From assembly GCA_029856155.1 (NCBI GenBank), contig JAHQWL010000093.1:19834-83833 (forward strand): DNA of 64,000 nucleotides, read 5' to 3'. The notes beneath the pieces are model-generated. The model had not been told where the DNA came from and did no database searches. It was given only the letters and a program-made list of their open reading frames with translations. Below, piece by piece: positions 29,837 to 39,398 of this stretch; positions within the stretch are counted from its first letter, which is position 1, and each line of letters starts with the position of its first letter. Made by a program: the position numbers and the translations under genes. The stretch comes from Promethearchaeia archaeon. Its GTDB lineage: Archaea > Asgardarchaeota > Lokiarchaeia > Sigyniarchaeales > SOKP01.

Positions 29837-30508
29837 TTAGAAATAACCCGAAATGCTAACTCCAACCACTAGTAGTAGAAATCCTTGAATGAAACAAAAG
29901 ATTGAAAAGATCACTGCTAAAGGAGGCCAGGAAATTGCTTTTGAAAGGGTCATGAATACTTTTACGTAGAATTTAGCTGTAAGAGCTACTATTGCAAATA
30001 CTATTATGAATATAATTGCTAAAACTATCTTTGGGTTAACGAATACCGCAATAACATCTACTACTTGTTGGGGAATAGCTAAAGCTATAATAATTACCAC
30101 CAAAGTAGCAGCTAATACTCCAATTAAACTCGCAAGTGGTAGATCGTTTGCCGGTTTTACAAATGTTATAACTCCAAAAATAATCAAGAGTATTGAAGTA
30201 AAAAGATTTCTACTATTTTCAGATGTAGCAGCATAATGTTCACTAGGTGGAATATCAAACATCAATCCCGCAACTCCAGAAATTAAAGCTAATATCCCCA
30301 CTATGAATCCTATGTAAGTTATCGCTTTCAAGAATTTTGTAACATCAAAATCCCAGTCTTCCACCTTTCTTTTCTTAAAGGAATGTCTCCTTTTAGTCTC
30401 ATAAGCCGCATATATTAACCACATAATCCCCAGAATGAGCATAAACCAGCCACCGAGTTTTCCTAGTGGTTTTAAAATATGTTCTGTAAAATCAAATTGA
30501 AAAATCAA
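29837..30508 (-). CDS. Polytopic membrane protein of unknown function
   Basis: About six hydrophobic segments; TTG start after GAGTGA. Confidence 0.7.
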   Translation of the reverse strand: MIFQFDFTEHILKPLGKLGGWFMLILGIMWLIYAAYETKRRHSFKKRKVEDWDFDVTKFLKAITYIGFIVGILALISGVAGLMFDIPPSEHYAATSENSRNLFTSILLIIFGVITFVKPANDLPLASLIGVLAATLVVIIIALAIPQQVVDVIAVFVNPKIVLAIIFIIVFAIVALTAKFYVKVFMTLSKAISWPPLAVIFSIFCFIQGFLLLVVGVSISGYF

Positions 30509-30617
30509 TTATTTTCACTCTTAAATGTAAATTTAGATTTGTTATTATATTGTATATACAAACTTAAAAATATATTTCAAAGGGAGTCCAATAATTCAAA
30601 ATTAGAATTTGAAAGGA

Positions 30618-32303
30618 TTAAGTTATAAAAGAAACTGTTTTTTTAATGTAATCCATATAAAACTCAATTTCTTGATTTTTTTTATTTTCATCCCATGAGT
30701 ATTCTTTTGCCATTAATTCAGCAACTTTACTTGCTGCTTCAAATGCTTTTTTATGATCAACCCATAGAGCCATTTCTGTTCGTCTACAAAATAAATCAAT
30801 TAAATGAGGCGTCAATTCATACTGTAATGCATAAACTACCTCAGCTTTTATAAAATTATTTTCTTCGATAATTTTATCTCCTAATGAGACATCTTCTTTA
30901 ATTAATTCTAATACTTTTATAGCACCTTTCCCATACTGGTGATAAATATGATCTGCAATATCATCTTCTATTTCCAGTTCCGAATGTTTTAGTTCTTTCT
31001 CCCAGTCATCTTTTCCTAGTCCAATAATGAAGGGTTGTTTACTAAAATGTTTTTCTCTAGCAGCATTAAGAAATAAATTTTTATTTTTTATATGATTAAA
31101 CACATCTTCAGCCATTGCTCTCCATTCAGTCAATTTTCCCCCCGTAATCGTAAGTAATCCATCTTCAGAGAAAAATATGATGTGATTACGTGAAACTTCA
31201 CTCTCGGATTTCTCTTTTTGCATTACCAGTGGTCTTATTCCAGCATATGTTGATAATATATTTTCATATCCTATCTGAGCATTAGGAAAATAGTATTTTG
31301 CAGATTCAATCAAGTAATCAGCGTCTTCTTTATCACAATAAGGATTTGCTAAATCTCCTTTAAAATCCGTATCAGTTGTACCAATTATAGTAAATTCTTT
31401 ATTTCTTGGTAAGACAAAGAATGCTCTACCATCCGTTTTTGAGATTACTATAGCAGCGTTTCGATTATTAATGTGTTTTCTTCTATATTGAATGTGAACT
31501 CCTTTTGTTGGTCTAATTAATGGATTAGGTATATCCTCGGGGTAAATACCAATTAATTGATCAGTCCATATTCCCGTAGCATTTACTACTAATTTAGCTT
31601 TAACTTCGAAATCAATTTCATTTTCTAAATCAGTACATTTTATTCCAATAATTGTTCCATTATCCTTTATATAACCATTTACTTTACAGTAATTTACAGC
31701 AACTGCCCCTCGTATAATAGCTTCCTTAATTATTTCTAAGGTTAGCCTTGCATCATCTAGATTTGTGTCATAATATACTGCTCCACCTAAATTGCCCTCT
31801 CTAATATATTCTGGTTCTAATTCAAATATCTCTTCAGGTGAAACCATCCGAGATTTCTTATAATTTTTAAATTCTGAATCTTTATCACTTAAAAAGTCAT
31901 AAACTTTCGTTGCACCTTTAATATCACGCTTTTTATATTTCCCTCCTTCTAACTCAACAAATAGGAAAGGAATTGGTCGTATAAGATGAGGTATATGAGC
32001 TCTCATCCAATTTCTTTCGTGTAAAGCCTCCTTTACCAAATCCAAATCTCCATGAGCAATGTATCTAATACCTCCATGGCCAAGTTTCGAACTTCTTGAA
32101 GATGTTCCCGCAGCAAAGTCTTGCATATCAATACAAGCAACCTTTAATCCTCTCATTGAGGCTTCTCTTGCTATTCCTGCTCCTGTAATTCCCGCTCCTA
32201 TAATTACAATATCATAACTAGTTTCTTGTAATTTTTTTATAATTTTATCTCTGTTCTTATAATTCCAAGTGTGATCAAATAATTTCTTTTCTAAATCTTC
32301 CAT
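30618..32303 (-). CDS. glpD: FAD-dependent glycerol-3-phosphate dehydrogenase/oxidase (GlpD/GlpA family)
   Basis: IIGAGITG, DFAAGTSSRSSKLGHGGIRY, DDARL, NATGIW, GTTD, AGIRPL, GGKLT, RRT. Confidence 0.92.
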   Translation of the reverse strand: MEDLEKKLFDHTWNYKNRDKIIKKLQETSYDIVIIGAGITGAGIAREASMRGLKVACIDMQDFAAGTSSRSSKLGHGGIRYIAHGDLDLVKEALHERNWMRAHIPHLIRPIPFLFVELEGGKYKKRDIKGATKVYDFLSDKDSEFKNYKKSRMVSPEEIFELEPEYIREGNLGGAVYYDTNLDDARLTLEIIKEAIIRGAVAVNYCKVNGYIKDNGTIIGIKCTDLENEIDFEVKAKLVVNATGIWTDQLIGIYPEDIPNPLIRPTKGVHIQYRRKHINNRNAAIVISKTDGRAFFVLPRNKEFTIIGTTDTDFKGDLANPYCDKEDADYLIESAKYYFPNAQIGYENILSTYAGIRPLVMQKEKSESEVSRNHIIFFSEDGLLTITGGKLTEWRAMAEDVFNHIKNKNLFLNAAREKHFSKQPFIIGLGKDDWEKELKHSELEIEDDIADHIYHQYGKGAIKVLELIKEDVSLGDKIIEENNFIKAEVVYALQYELTPHLIDLFCRRTEMALWVDHKKAFEAASKVAELMAKEYSWDENKKNQEIEFYMDYIKKTVSFIT

Positions 32304-32509
32304 CTATATCAGTTTGAAGAATTATCAAATCTAAATTAATTTTTCTTGATATGATCATTTTACTAAAATTTTTATTATAACTTTTTTTTGAAAATTTAAT
32401 TATTCATATGAATAATACATATTTTTGCGAAATGTAAAGATTTAAAATAAGAAATTAAGTTCTTATATAAGTACAGCTAATTTTTGATTTAAAAAAAGGA
32501 TATTATAAT

Positions 32510-32890
32510 ATGTCAAAATCTGGAAAAAAAAAAATCTTAATTGTAGATGATGCGCAGTTTATAAGAAATCGGATTAAAAAAGTAATAGAAACAATGGAGT
32601 TTGCTGAAGTTGCTGGTGAAGCTTCAAATGGCGATGATGCGATATCTCTTTACAAAGAATTAAAGCCAGATTTGGTAACGATGGATCTGGTAATGCCCAA
32701 TACTGATGGCATTAAAGCTATTGAAGAAATTATGAAATTTGATAAAAAAGCAAAAATTGTTGTAGTATCTGCAATGGGCCAGGAGCTAAGCATTCTTGAA
32801 GCGACTGAAAAAGGAGCTAAGGATTACATAAAAAAACCTTTTAAAGAAGAAGATATCTACAGAACTATTGAAAAATTTTTAAAAGCTTAG
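32510..32890 (+). CDS. Stand-alone CheY-like response regulator
   Basis: LIVDDA, TMDLVMP (phospho-Asp), VSAMGQ and KPF motifs. Confidence 0.92.
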   Translation: MSKSGKKKILIVDDAQFIRNRIKKVIETMEFAEVAGEASNGDDAISLYKELKPDLVTMDLVMPNTDGIKAIEEIMKFDKKAKIVVVSAMGQELSILEATEKGAKDYIKKPFKEEDIYRTIEKFLKA

Positions 32891-32917
32891 ACTAAAAATT
32901 GATTTCAAATTTTACTT

Positions 32918-33889
32918 TTAAAAATCTTTTAAAAGAGTGTTAAGAATTAAAGGCATAGAATAAATATCATAATAATTATGTTCAATTATTTCCTTTATTA
33001 ATCCAATATATCTTTCAGAATTTTCCTTATATTTTCGATAGCATAGACCAACAAGATTACTTGGTAATGTATTATCTCTTGTCCATCTCAATAGTTTTTC
33101 TTCCATATTCGTTAAGGAAAATTTATCATATTGTCCTTTGTATAAGCGACGACAATGATGATAGAGATCTATATGATGGAATTTCGTATTATTTTTTTCA
33201 TATGGGGAATCTTCTTCAGAGATCATAGGATTTTCATCAAAAAAATATAAAAATCGATTTGATAAATATGGTATATCAAAGGTTTTTCCATTATAAGTAA
33301 TGAAACATTTAAAATTCGGAAGTATTTTAGTTTTCAGATGTTCATAAATTGCTATTTCTTCTTCAAGTTCTCTTGCGAAAAAGAGATGGATTTTAAAGTT
33401 GCCATTTTTAAAGAAGCCAATCCCGATTAGGATAACAGGGCTATCAATTATCCCTAAGGTCTCAATATCTAAAAACAAGAAATCTTCAATTTTAAAGCAA
33501 AAACTTACATCCAAATCATTAATATATCGATTCTTTGTTAGAGTTTTATAATCCTTATTTTTAATTAAGCTAATAATTTCATTAGCAGTTGCACTAAAAT
33601 TTAAATTATATTTTAAATCTATTAGAGTTTTAATCCCTCTTCGATTTAATTTTTTTTCGATTAACTCTCCAATATAACTTACAGTTTTAAGGTTATATAA
33701 CAATTTTTTCTGTGTTTTTAATAAATTAATTTCATTTGGTATATCTCTTTCCTCCCAAAATAATTCGATGAACTCACCCATATCATTTTTAATAACACGA
33801 TTATTTTGGTATAAATCTTCTAGTCGTTTACCACGATACTGTTCCACTAATGGTGTAATATCAAAACGTTCGAATTTGTAGTAATCCAT
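32918..33889 (-). CDS. YprB-like RNase H-fold (DEDD) exonuclease
   Basis: FLDIETLG, ITYNGKTFDIPYL, HIDLYH and HNYYD motifs. Confidence 0.85.
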   Translation of the reverse strand: MDYYKFERFDITPLVEQYRGKRLEDLYQNNRVIKNDMGEFIELFWEERDIPNEINLLKTQKKLLYNLKTVSYIGELIEKKLNRRGIKTLIDLKYNLNFSATANEIISLIKNKDYKTLTKNRYINDLDVSFCFKIEDFLFLDIETLGIIDSPVILIGIGFFKNGNFKIHLFFARELEEEIAIYEHLKTKILPNFKCFITYNGKTFDIPYLSNRFLYFFDENPMISEEDSPYEKNNTKFHHIDLYHHCRRLYKGQYDKFSLTNMEEKLLRWTRDNTLPSNLVGLCYRKYKENSERYIGLIKEIIEHNYYDIYSMPLILNTLLKDF

Positions 33890-33970
33890 TGTCTATAGTA
33901 AATCTAGCTATTTTATTTAATAATGTATTCTCTTAAGATTTATAATAAAAATGATAGTGTGGAGAAAATT

Positions 33971-34612
33971 TTATTCAAATTTAAAAATATAAGTATTCAT
34001 ATTTTCTTTTCCCCAAGTTTCAGATGTAATGATTTCTTTCTCAAATTTAAGAAGTTTCAGACCTAAAGGAGAGAAAATATTCAGAATTTCTTCTTTAGAA
34101 TATGGTCTGGAATACATATTTTCGCCTTTAAACTTAATGATCACATCATTATCTAGGTCAGCACCGTCTATCCATGGTCCGTTTAAGCAGAGATAGAAAA
34201 ATGCTCCCTTTTTTAATGATTGAACAATTCTTTTTGCTGTTTCTTTGAATAATTGCGGATTAAGATGGAGCAGGGAGTACGAAGAGAAAATTCCATCGAA
34301 TTCTTCGTTATAATTTAGATCTGTCATCGAAATATCTTTAAAATTAGCTTCAGGAACATTTTTTTGTGCTATTTTAATCATCTCTGAAGATAAATCAATA
34401 CCTAATACATTGAATCCTTTCTCAATTAATAATTTAGAATATGGTAATCCTGTACCTGAACCCAAATCTAAAATATACCCTTCTTTAGGAAGGAGTTCAC
34501 AAAAATAGTTAAAAAGTGCATGAATTTCTTCATGGAATTCTTTGTTGTAGGTTTTAGCAACGTTATCCCAGGCTTTTTTATTAAGCTTTATGATATCCAA
34601 TTTATCTTTCAA
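33971..34612 (-). CDS. Class I SAM-dependent methyltransferase
   Basis: ILDLGSGTG, GIDLSSEMI and FDGIFS motifs. Confidence 0.9.
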   Translation of the reverse strand: MKDKLDIIKLNKKAWDNVAKTYNKEFHEEIHALFNYFCELLPKEGYILDLGSGTGLPYSKLLIEKGFNVLGIDLSSEMIKIAQKNVPEANFKDISMTDLNYNEEFDGIFSSYSLLHLNPQLFKETAKRIVQSLKKGAFFYLCLNGPWIDGADLDNDVIIKFKGENMYSRPYSKEEILNIFSPLGLKLLKFEKEIITSETWGKENMNTYIFKFE

Positions 34613-34662
34613 GGTGATCAGGTTAATTTTATGTTAAAATAAAAGGAATGTCAGTTGTTTCT

Positions 34663-35955
34663 TTATTTTATAGTCTTAAAAAATCTTCTAGATTCAGCAT
34701 CTCCTAGCACGTAATGGCTTCCACCACCATGAACCATACAGTATGCGTCAAGAAGTCCCATTTGATTGCAGTATTGCTCTGTGAAACCACGTCCTCCCAT
34801 AGTTCTAAATAAATCAATGGAACTCTGAAATGCCAATTCACAAGTTTGAATTTTTAATCCCATTACCTGAGAAGCCATTATTTTAGAACTAGCTATTTGT
34901 GTTCGACTATCAATCTCCCGAGCGTAATTTATTAAAGCTGAAATGAATAAATTTGTTTGACGCATATTTTCAGCAATTGGAAATCTTATAATCTGATATT
35001 CATGTAATTTATGCTTGAATTGTTCGCGTTGAAGGGCAAAACTATGGGAGAAGAATAGTTTTTTAATGCAATCACCTATAGCTTCTGCACTGATAACTAA
35101 TCTCTCTTCAGTTAATTGATGAAACATAATATCTAGACCATCCCCTTCGAGAAGATTTTCTTTTGGAATTTCAACATCATTAAAGACTAATCGACTTACA
35201 AAAGCATCTCTCATTCCATACATTCTTGCTCTTGAAGATTCAAAATTATTCAAGTGTTGATGTTCTGTATCTACTATTATACCACCTAATCTTCCGCTAT
35301 TTAACCTGCCATAAACAATAATATTATCTGCTAACATGCCATTAACAATAAAAAGTTTTTTTCCCTTTGCAATTACTTTATCTCCTTTATCATCGAGTTT
35401 TAATTCAATTCTTACAATATCACTACCAGCATTAAATTCTGTCATAGCAGAAGCGGCCATCAAACCATATTTTACTACAGGGATAAGGTATTTCTCTCTT
35501 TGAAAATCATTGGCTTTATAATTCACTGGATTGCAATAAAGCGTTCCTCCTGCTAATCTGCCCATTTCAATACTCCAATTCCCACTGACATATCTATCAC
35601 TATTTGAAGACCAAAAACCTCCACATAAGGCTAATGCAATAAGAGCGTTTCGTGTAACATTTCCAACTTCATGTTCTTCCAAATCTATTACAGTGCTATA
35701 GTAGCCTTTTTCAGCCAATTTTTTCATAAAATTAGATACTATTTCACGTTTCTTTTCTTGAATTGGTTCCTCAGCCGAATAATTTAACTCTTCTAAGGTT
35801 TTCAAATGTTTTTCAAGATTTTCTTCTATATATTCAAAAAATTCAGCTAAAAATTCCTTTTCTTTTACATTGAGTATTGGGTTATTTAATAAATCCAATT
35901 CAGGAATATTTCGACTTATTTCTATTTTTGGTAATTCCGGGAGTCTTGTATCCAT
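34663..35955 (-). CDS. Acyl-CoA dehydrogenase (divergent; IVD/LCAD-type catalytic position)
   Basis: AMTEFNAGSD, KLFIVNG, LTEERL, REQF, MGGRGF and C-terminal HGGGS. Confidence 0.85.
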   Translation of the reverse strand: MDTRLPELPKIEISRNIPELDLLNNPILNVKEKEFLAEFFEYIEENLEKHLKTLEELNYSAEEPIQEKKREIVSNFMKKLAEKGYYSTVIDLEEHEVGNVTRNALIALALCGGFWSSNSDRYVSGNWSIEMGRLAGGTLYCNPVNYKANDFQREKYLIPVVKYGLMAASAMTEFNAGSDIVRIELKLDDKGDKVIAKGKKLFIVNGMLADNIIVYGRLNSGRLGGIIVDTEHQHLNNFESSRARMYGMRDAFVSRLVFNDVEIPKENLLEGDGLDIMFHQLTEERLVISAEAIGDCIKKLFFSHSFALQREQFKHKLHEYQIIRFPIAENMRQTNLFISALINYAREIDSRTQIASSKIMASQVMGLKIQTCELAFQSSIDLFRTMGGRGFTEQYCNQMGLLDAYCMVHGGGSHYVLGDAESRRFFKTIK

Positions 35956-36147
35956 AATATATAAGACAATTTTCTTATGATTTTAAATTTTCTTCTCCAT
36001 CAAATAGGATTTTATTCCCATCAATGTAAGTAAGTCTATTAGTAATCTTTTAATCAAAACAAAACATAACAATAAAATATTAAATCTATTTGAAAATAAG
36101 ATTTTTAAAAATTAAATTGATATATAATACCTAAAAGTGAAGATATA

Positions 36148-37569
36148 ATGATTAAATTTAGTGATAAACAATTAAAAATACCTAAATTACTGCGACCAGT
36201 CTACTTAGCTACAGTTGGAATGTCAAAATTCGATCGTGCTTTTCCTGAAACGAGGACGGAAGAATTATGTATTCAAGCTTTAACAGCTGCTTCAGATTTT
36301 GTTAATATGACGCCAGCAGAATTAAAAAGTTTCATTCATACTGCTTATTATGGTCATTTTGCCGATCATTTTGGTGATCAATTACTTGGAGAGGCTGTGA
36401 TTCATGATAGACTCGGACTTGATCCTTTAGGAACTATTGGTATCAAGACGGGGGGCGCAACAGGTGGATCAACAATGTGGGAAGCAATTAAAGCCGTTGC
36501 TTCAGGATATAGTGATTGTGCTTTAGCCTTAGGATGGGAGCGAATGGATGAAGTGCCTACTGATGAAGGTAATCATCTTATATCATGTGCTGCAGATAAA
36601 GATTGGGAAACTCCCCTGGGACATATATATACTGGTTATTATGCTGTTATGGCTCAAAGATATTGGCAAATTTTTGGGAAAGCTGAAGATTCTTTTAGGA
36701 AAACAATGGCAGAAATTGCTGTTAAAAACCGAGGCTATGCCAGAATGAATCCTCATGCCCATGGCCCCATGGAGATCACTGTGGAGGATGTAATTAACTC
36801 TCCTGTTATAGCATATCCTCTTCGCGTTTTAGATTGTTGTTTGATGAGCGTGGGCGCAGCATGTGGAATTGTATGTGATGAAAAAACAGCCTATGAAATA
36901 ACGGACAACCCACTTCGGATCTGGATAGGTGCGGGGAGCCATACACTCAGAGTTGCGGATCGTCGTGATATGAAGATCCCACTTTTACCAAATGAGGAAT
37001 CAGGGCAATATGATGATTTAGGTAAAAAATTTCCAGGAGGAGATAGATATCCCGGATTTAGCAGCTTCTTAGCTGCTCGAATTGCTGCGTATTATGCGTA
37101 TAATATGACGGGTGTTGTAGACCCCAGCGAAGATTTAGATGTTGTAGAGCTTCATGATGCTTTTACAATTAGTGATATTCAAACCTACGAAGATATTGGA
37201 ATTCGACCGTATGGGGAAGGCAGGGATTATATTGAGTCTGGAGATGCGTATGTGATTAATCCAAATACCAATAAACCTGGAAAATTACCTAGCAATCCCT
37301 GTGGTGGCTTAATAGGGTGTATGCATGCAGTAGGAGCTACAGGATTAATGCAAATTGCGGAGATAGCTTACCATATTTGGAACAGATGGGATGAAATCCA
37401 TGAACCTGAGGAAAAGTGGAAAGAATTTAGTCGAGAAAAACCAAAAGATTGGACTAGCTTACAGGTCAAAGGAGCTAAACGAGGGTTAGCCATCAGTCAT
37501 GCGGGCGTCGGCTCTCATGTAACTTGTACAATAATAATGCATCCAAATCATTTAATAAAGGAGGATTAA
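36148..37569 (+). CDS. SCP2-type thiolase-fold protein lacking the catalytic Cys
   Basis: GMSKF, TGGATGG where thiolases have ACASG, ELHDAF, NPCGGL..HAVGATG. Confidence 0.85.
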   Translation: MIKFSDKQLKIPKLLRPVYLATVGMSKFDRAFPETRTEELCIQALTAASDFVNMTPAELKSFIHTAYYGHFADHFGDQLLGEAVIHDRLGLDPLGTIGIKTGGATGGSTMWEAIKAVASGYSDCALALGWERMDEVPTDEGNHLISCAADKDWETPLGHIYTGYYAVMAQRYWQIFGKAEDSFRKTMAEIAVKNRGYARMNPHAHGPMEITVEDVINSPVIAYPLRVLDCCLMSVGAACGIVCDEKTAYEITDNPLRIWIGAGSHTLRVADRRDMKIPLLPNEESGQYDDLGKKFPGGDRYPGFSSFLAARIAAYYAYNMTGVVDPSEDLDVVELHDAFTISDIQTYEDIGIRPYGEGRDYIESGDAYVINPNTNKPGKLPSNPCGGLIGCMHAVGATGLMQIAEIAYHIWNRWDEIHEPEEKWKEFSREKPKDWTSLQVKGAKRGLAISHAGVGSHVTCTIIMHPNHLIKED

Positions 37570-37573
37570 AAAA

Positions 37574-38176
37574 ATGCCAAAAACAGAAGATGAAAAAGGC
37601 TTTGTAGATATAGTAAATGGAAGGTATAAAGTGAGAGGTAAATTTCACATCATTGAAAGAAATCAACCTATCTTTAATAAGGATACAGGAAAATTAGCAG
37701 GTGTCACTAATCCCAGAGATATGACATATATACACTCATATGGAGGAGAAGGTATATTTTTCGAATCTCTTGGCAAAGGAAAACTAATGGCTACAAGATG
37801 TGATAACGATAAATGTGAAACAAAAGGTTCTATTTATGAACCATTTCGAATCTATTGCCCAGATTGCTTAAGAAAAAATACTGTTGTAGATATTACTGAA
37901 AAAGCTCAAAAAACAGCAAAAATACACTCTTTTATTATTACTCATCGTTCTGGAGCTTTTAATACGCTTCCAAAACCAATCAAGTTCATAAACATTGAAT
38001 TTGATGAAGAAGTAGTCACTATTCTTATGAGCGTGTTAGTTGTCGGAGAACCAGAAATAGGAAAAAGAGTTATACCAATCTTTCGTACCAAGGATCCAAC
38101 CTATACCATTATGGATTTAATGTTTGTTGTTGAAGGTACAAAAGCGTCAGAACTTCCAGAGGGCTTTACATTTTAA
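37574..38176 (+). CDS. DUF35 (Zn-ribbon/OB-fold) thiolase partner
   Basis: CDNDKC...YCPDC zinc site and OB-fold C-terminus; starts 4 nt after the thiolase stop. Confidence 0.85.
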   Translation: MPKTEDEKGFVDIVNGRYKVRGKFHIIERNQPIFNKDTGKLAGVTNPRDMTYIHSYGGEGIFFESLGKGKLMATRCDNDKCETKGSIYEPFRIYCPDCLRKNTVVDITEKAQKTAKIHSFIITHRSGAFNTLPKPIKFINIEFDEEVVTILMSVLVVGEPEIGKRVIPIFRTKDPTYTIMDLMFVVEGTKASELPEGFTF

Positions 38177-38277
38177 TCCTATTTTAAAATTATTTTTTTT
38201 ATTCTTATTATTAATAATTTCAAATTTAAAATTAAAAAGATAAAAAAAATTATAAAATAAAATATTGAGGAGTCTAT

Positions 38278-39180
38278 TTACTGCTGATATAAATTAAAAA
38301 TTACTCTGGCCTCATCAGGAGTCGCAGGCTCACGATTTACAATTCTAGCAACTTTAACTGCCCATTCTACCTGTTCCCAACTTCCTTTGGCTAACCTACC
38401 ATCAGGCATGCGAATATTATCTTCTAATCCAACCCTAATATGTCCTCCCATAGGTGCTGCACACATTGCTGCTTGGAATTGTTGTTTTGATACACCACAA
38501 ACACTCCAACTAGCATCTGGTGGTTTTAGATTCATGAAATGAGCTAAATTTTCATAGGAGAATGGAACCCCACCCAAAACTCCGAATACAAATTGAAAGT
38601 GAAGAGGAAAATCAAGAATCCGTTTAGGTTCTTGTTTTGCAAGATGAAGCATGTTGTACATACCACCAAAATCATAAATCTCAATTTCAGGTTTAACTTG
38701 TGCCTTTTTCATAGCTTTAGCAAATTTTTGAATGGTGTCAAAATCATTTGCAAAAATAAATTTAGCACCGAGTCCGACTTGTCCAGTTTTATGGTCACCT
38801 ACAGCAAAATTCATTGAGTTAGAATTTAATGAAGCTATTGGAGGTTTAAATGTCACAACAGGAGTGATCCTGTCTTTAGGAGTTACAATTGTACTAATGG
38901 CCGTACTTAGATTAATTAAAATATCAGGAGCTTTTTCTTTGATATTATCAATTGCAGCTTTGATTATATCTAAATCTGCTACTGGATTACCTTTTTCTGG
39001 ATGTCTAACATGAATATGGACTATTGCTGCTCCTGCTTCATAACATTTTTTTGCTTCATCGCCAAACTCATCAGCAGTATAGGGAACTGCGGGATTCTGG
39101 TTTTTATTTGTTGCGGCACCTGTAAGAGCAGCACTTATTACTAACTTATCTGATAAATCTTCTTCTGAAATTATTATCAC
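38278..39180 (-). CDS. Beta-keto acid cleavage enzyme (DUF849, 3-keto-5-aminohexanoate cleavage family)
   Basis: ALTGA, VPYT, GAAIVHIHVR, KPEIEIYD, GGHIRVGLED, ATPDEAR. Confidence 0.92.
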   Translation of the reverse strand: MIIISEEDLSDKLVISAALTGAATNKNQNPAVPYTADEFGDEAKKCYEAGAAIVHIHVRHPEKGNPVADLDIIKAAIDNIKEKAPDILINLSTAISTIVTPKDRITPVVTFKPPIASLNSNSMNFAVGDHKTGQVGLGAKFIFANDFDTIQKFAKAMKKAQVKPEIEIYDFGGMYNMLHLAKQEPKRILDFPLHFQFVFGVLGGVPFSYENLAHFMNLKPPDASWSVCGVSKQQFQAAMCAAPMGGHIRVGLEDNIRMPDGRLAKGSWEQVEWAVKVARIVNREPATPDEARVIFNLYQQ

Positions 39181-39398
39181 TTTTTAAAATTTCTTTTATA
39201 GTTTTTAAACTTAGATTACTATTGAAAATAGATATCATTCAAATTAATATGTTTTATCTTCATATTAAAATTTATTTAGAAATGTTAAATAAATCCTCAA
39301 TGAAATTCGATAAATATTGTAAAATTTATAAAAGAAAAAATATATTTTTGCTTGTTTAAATCAATAATTACTTGTTTTACAAAAATGAGGAAATAAAT

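Noticed and set aside
36148-38176. Mevalonate-pathway thiolase/DUF35/HMG-CoA synthase complex
   Set aside because: No HMG-CoA synthase is adjacent and the thiolase lacks the catalytic Cys
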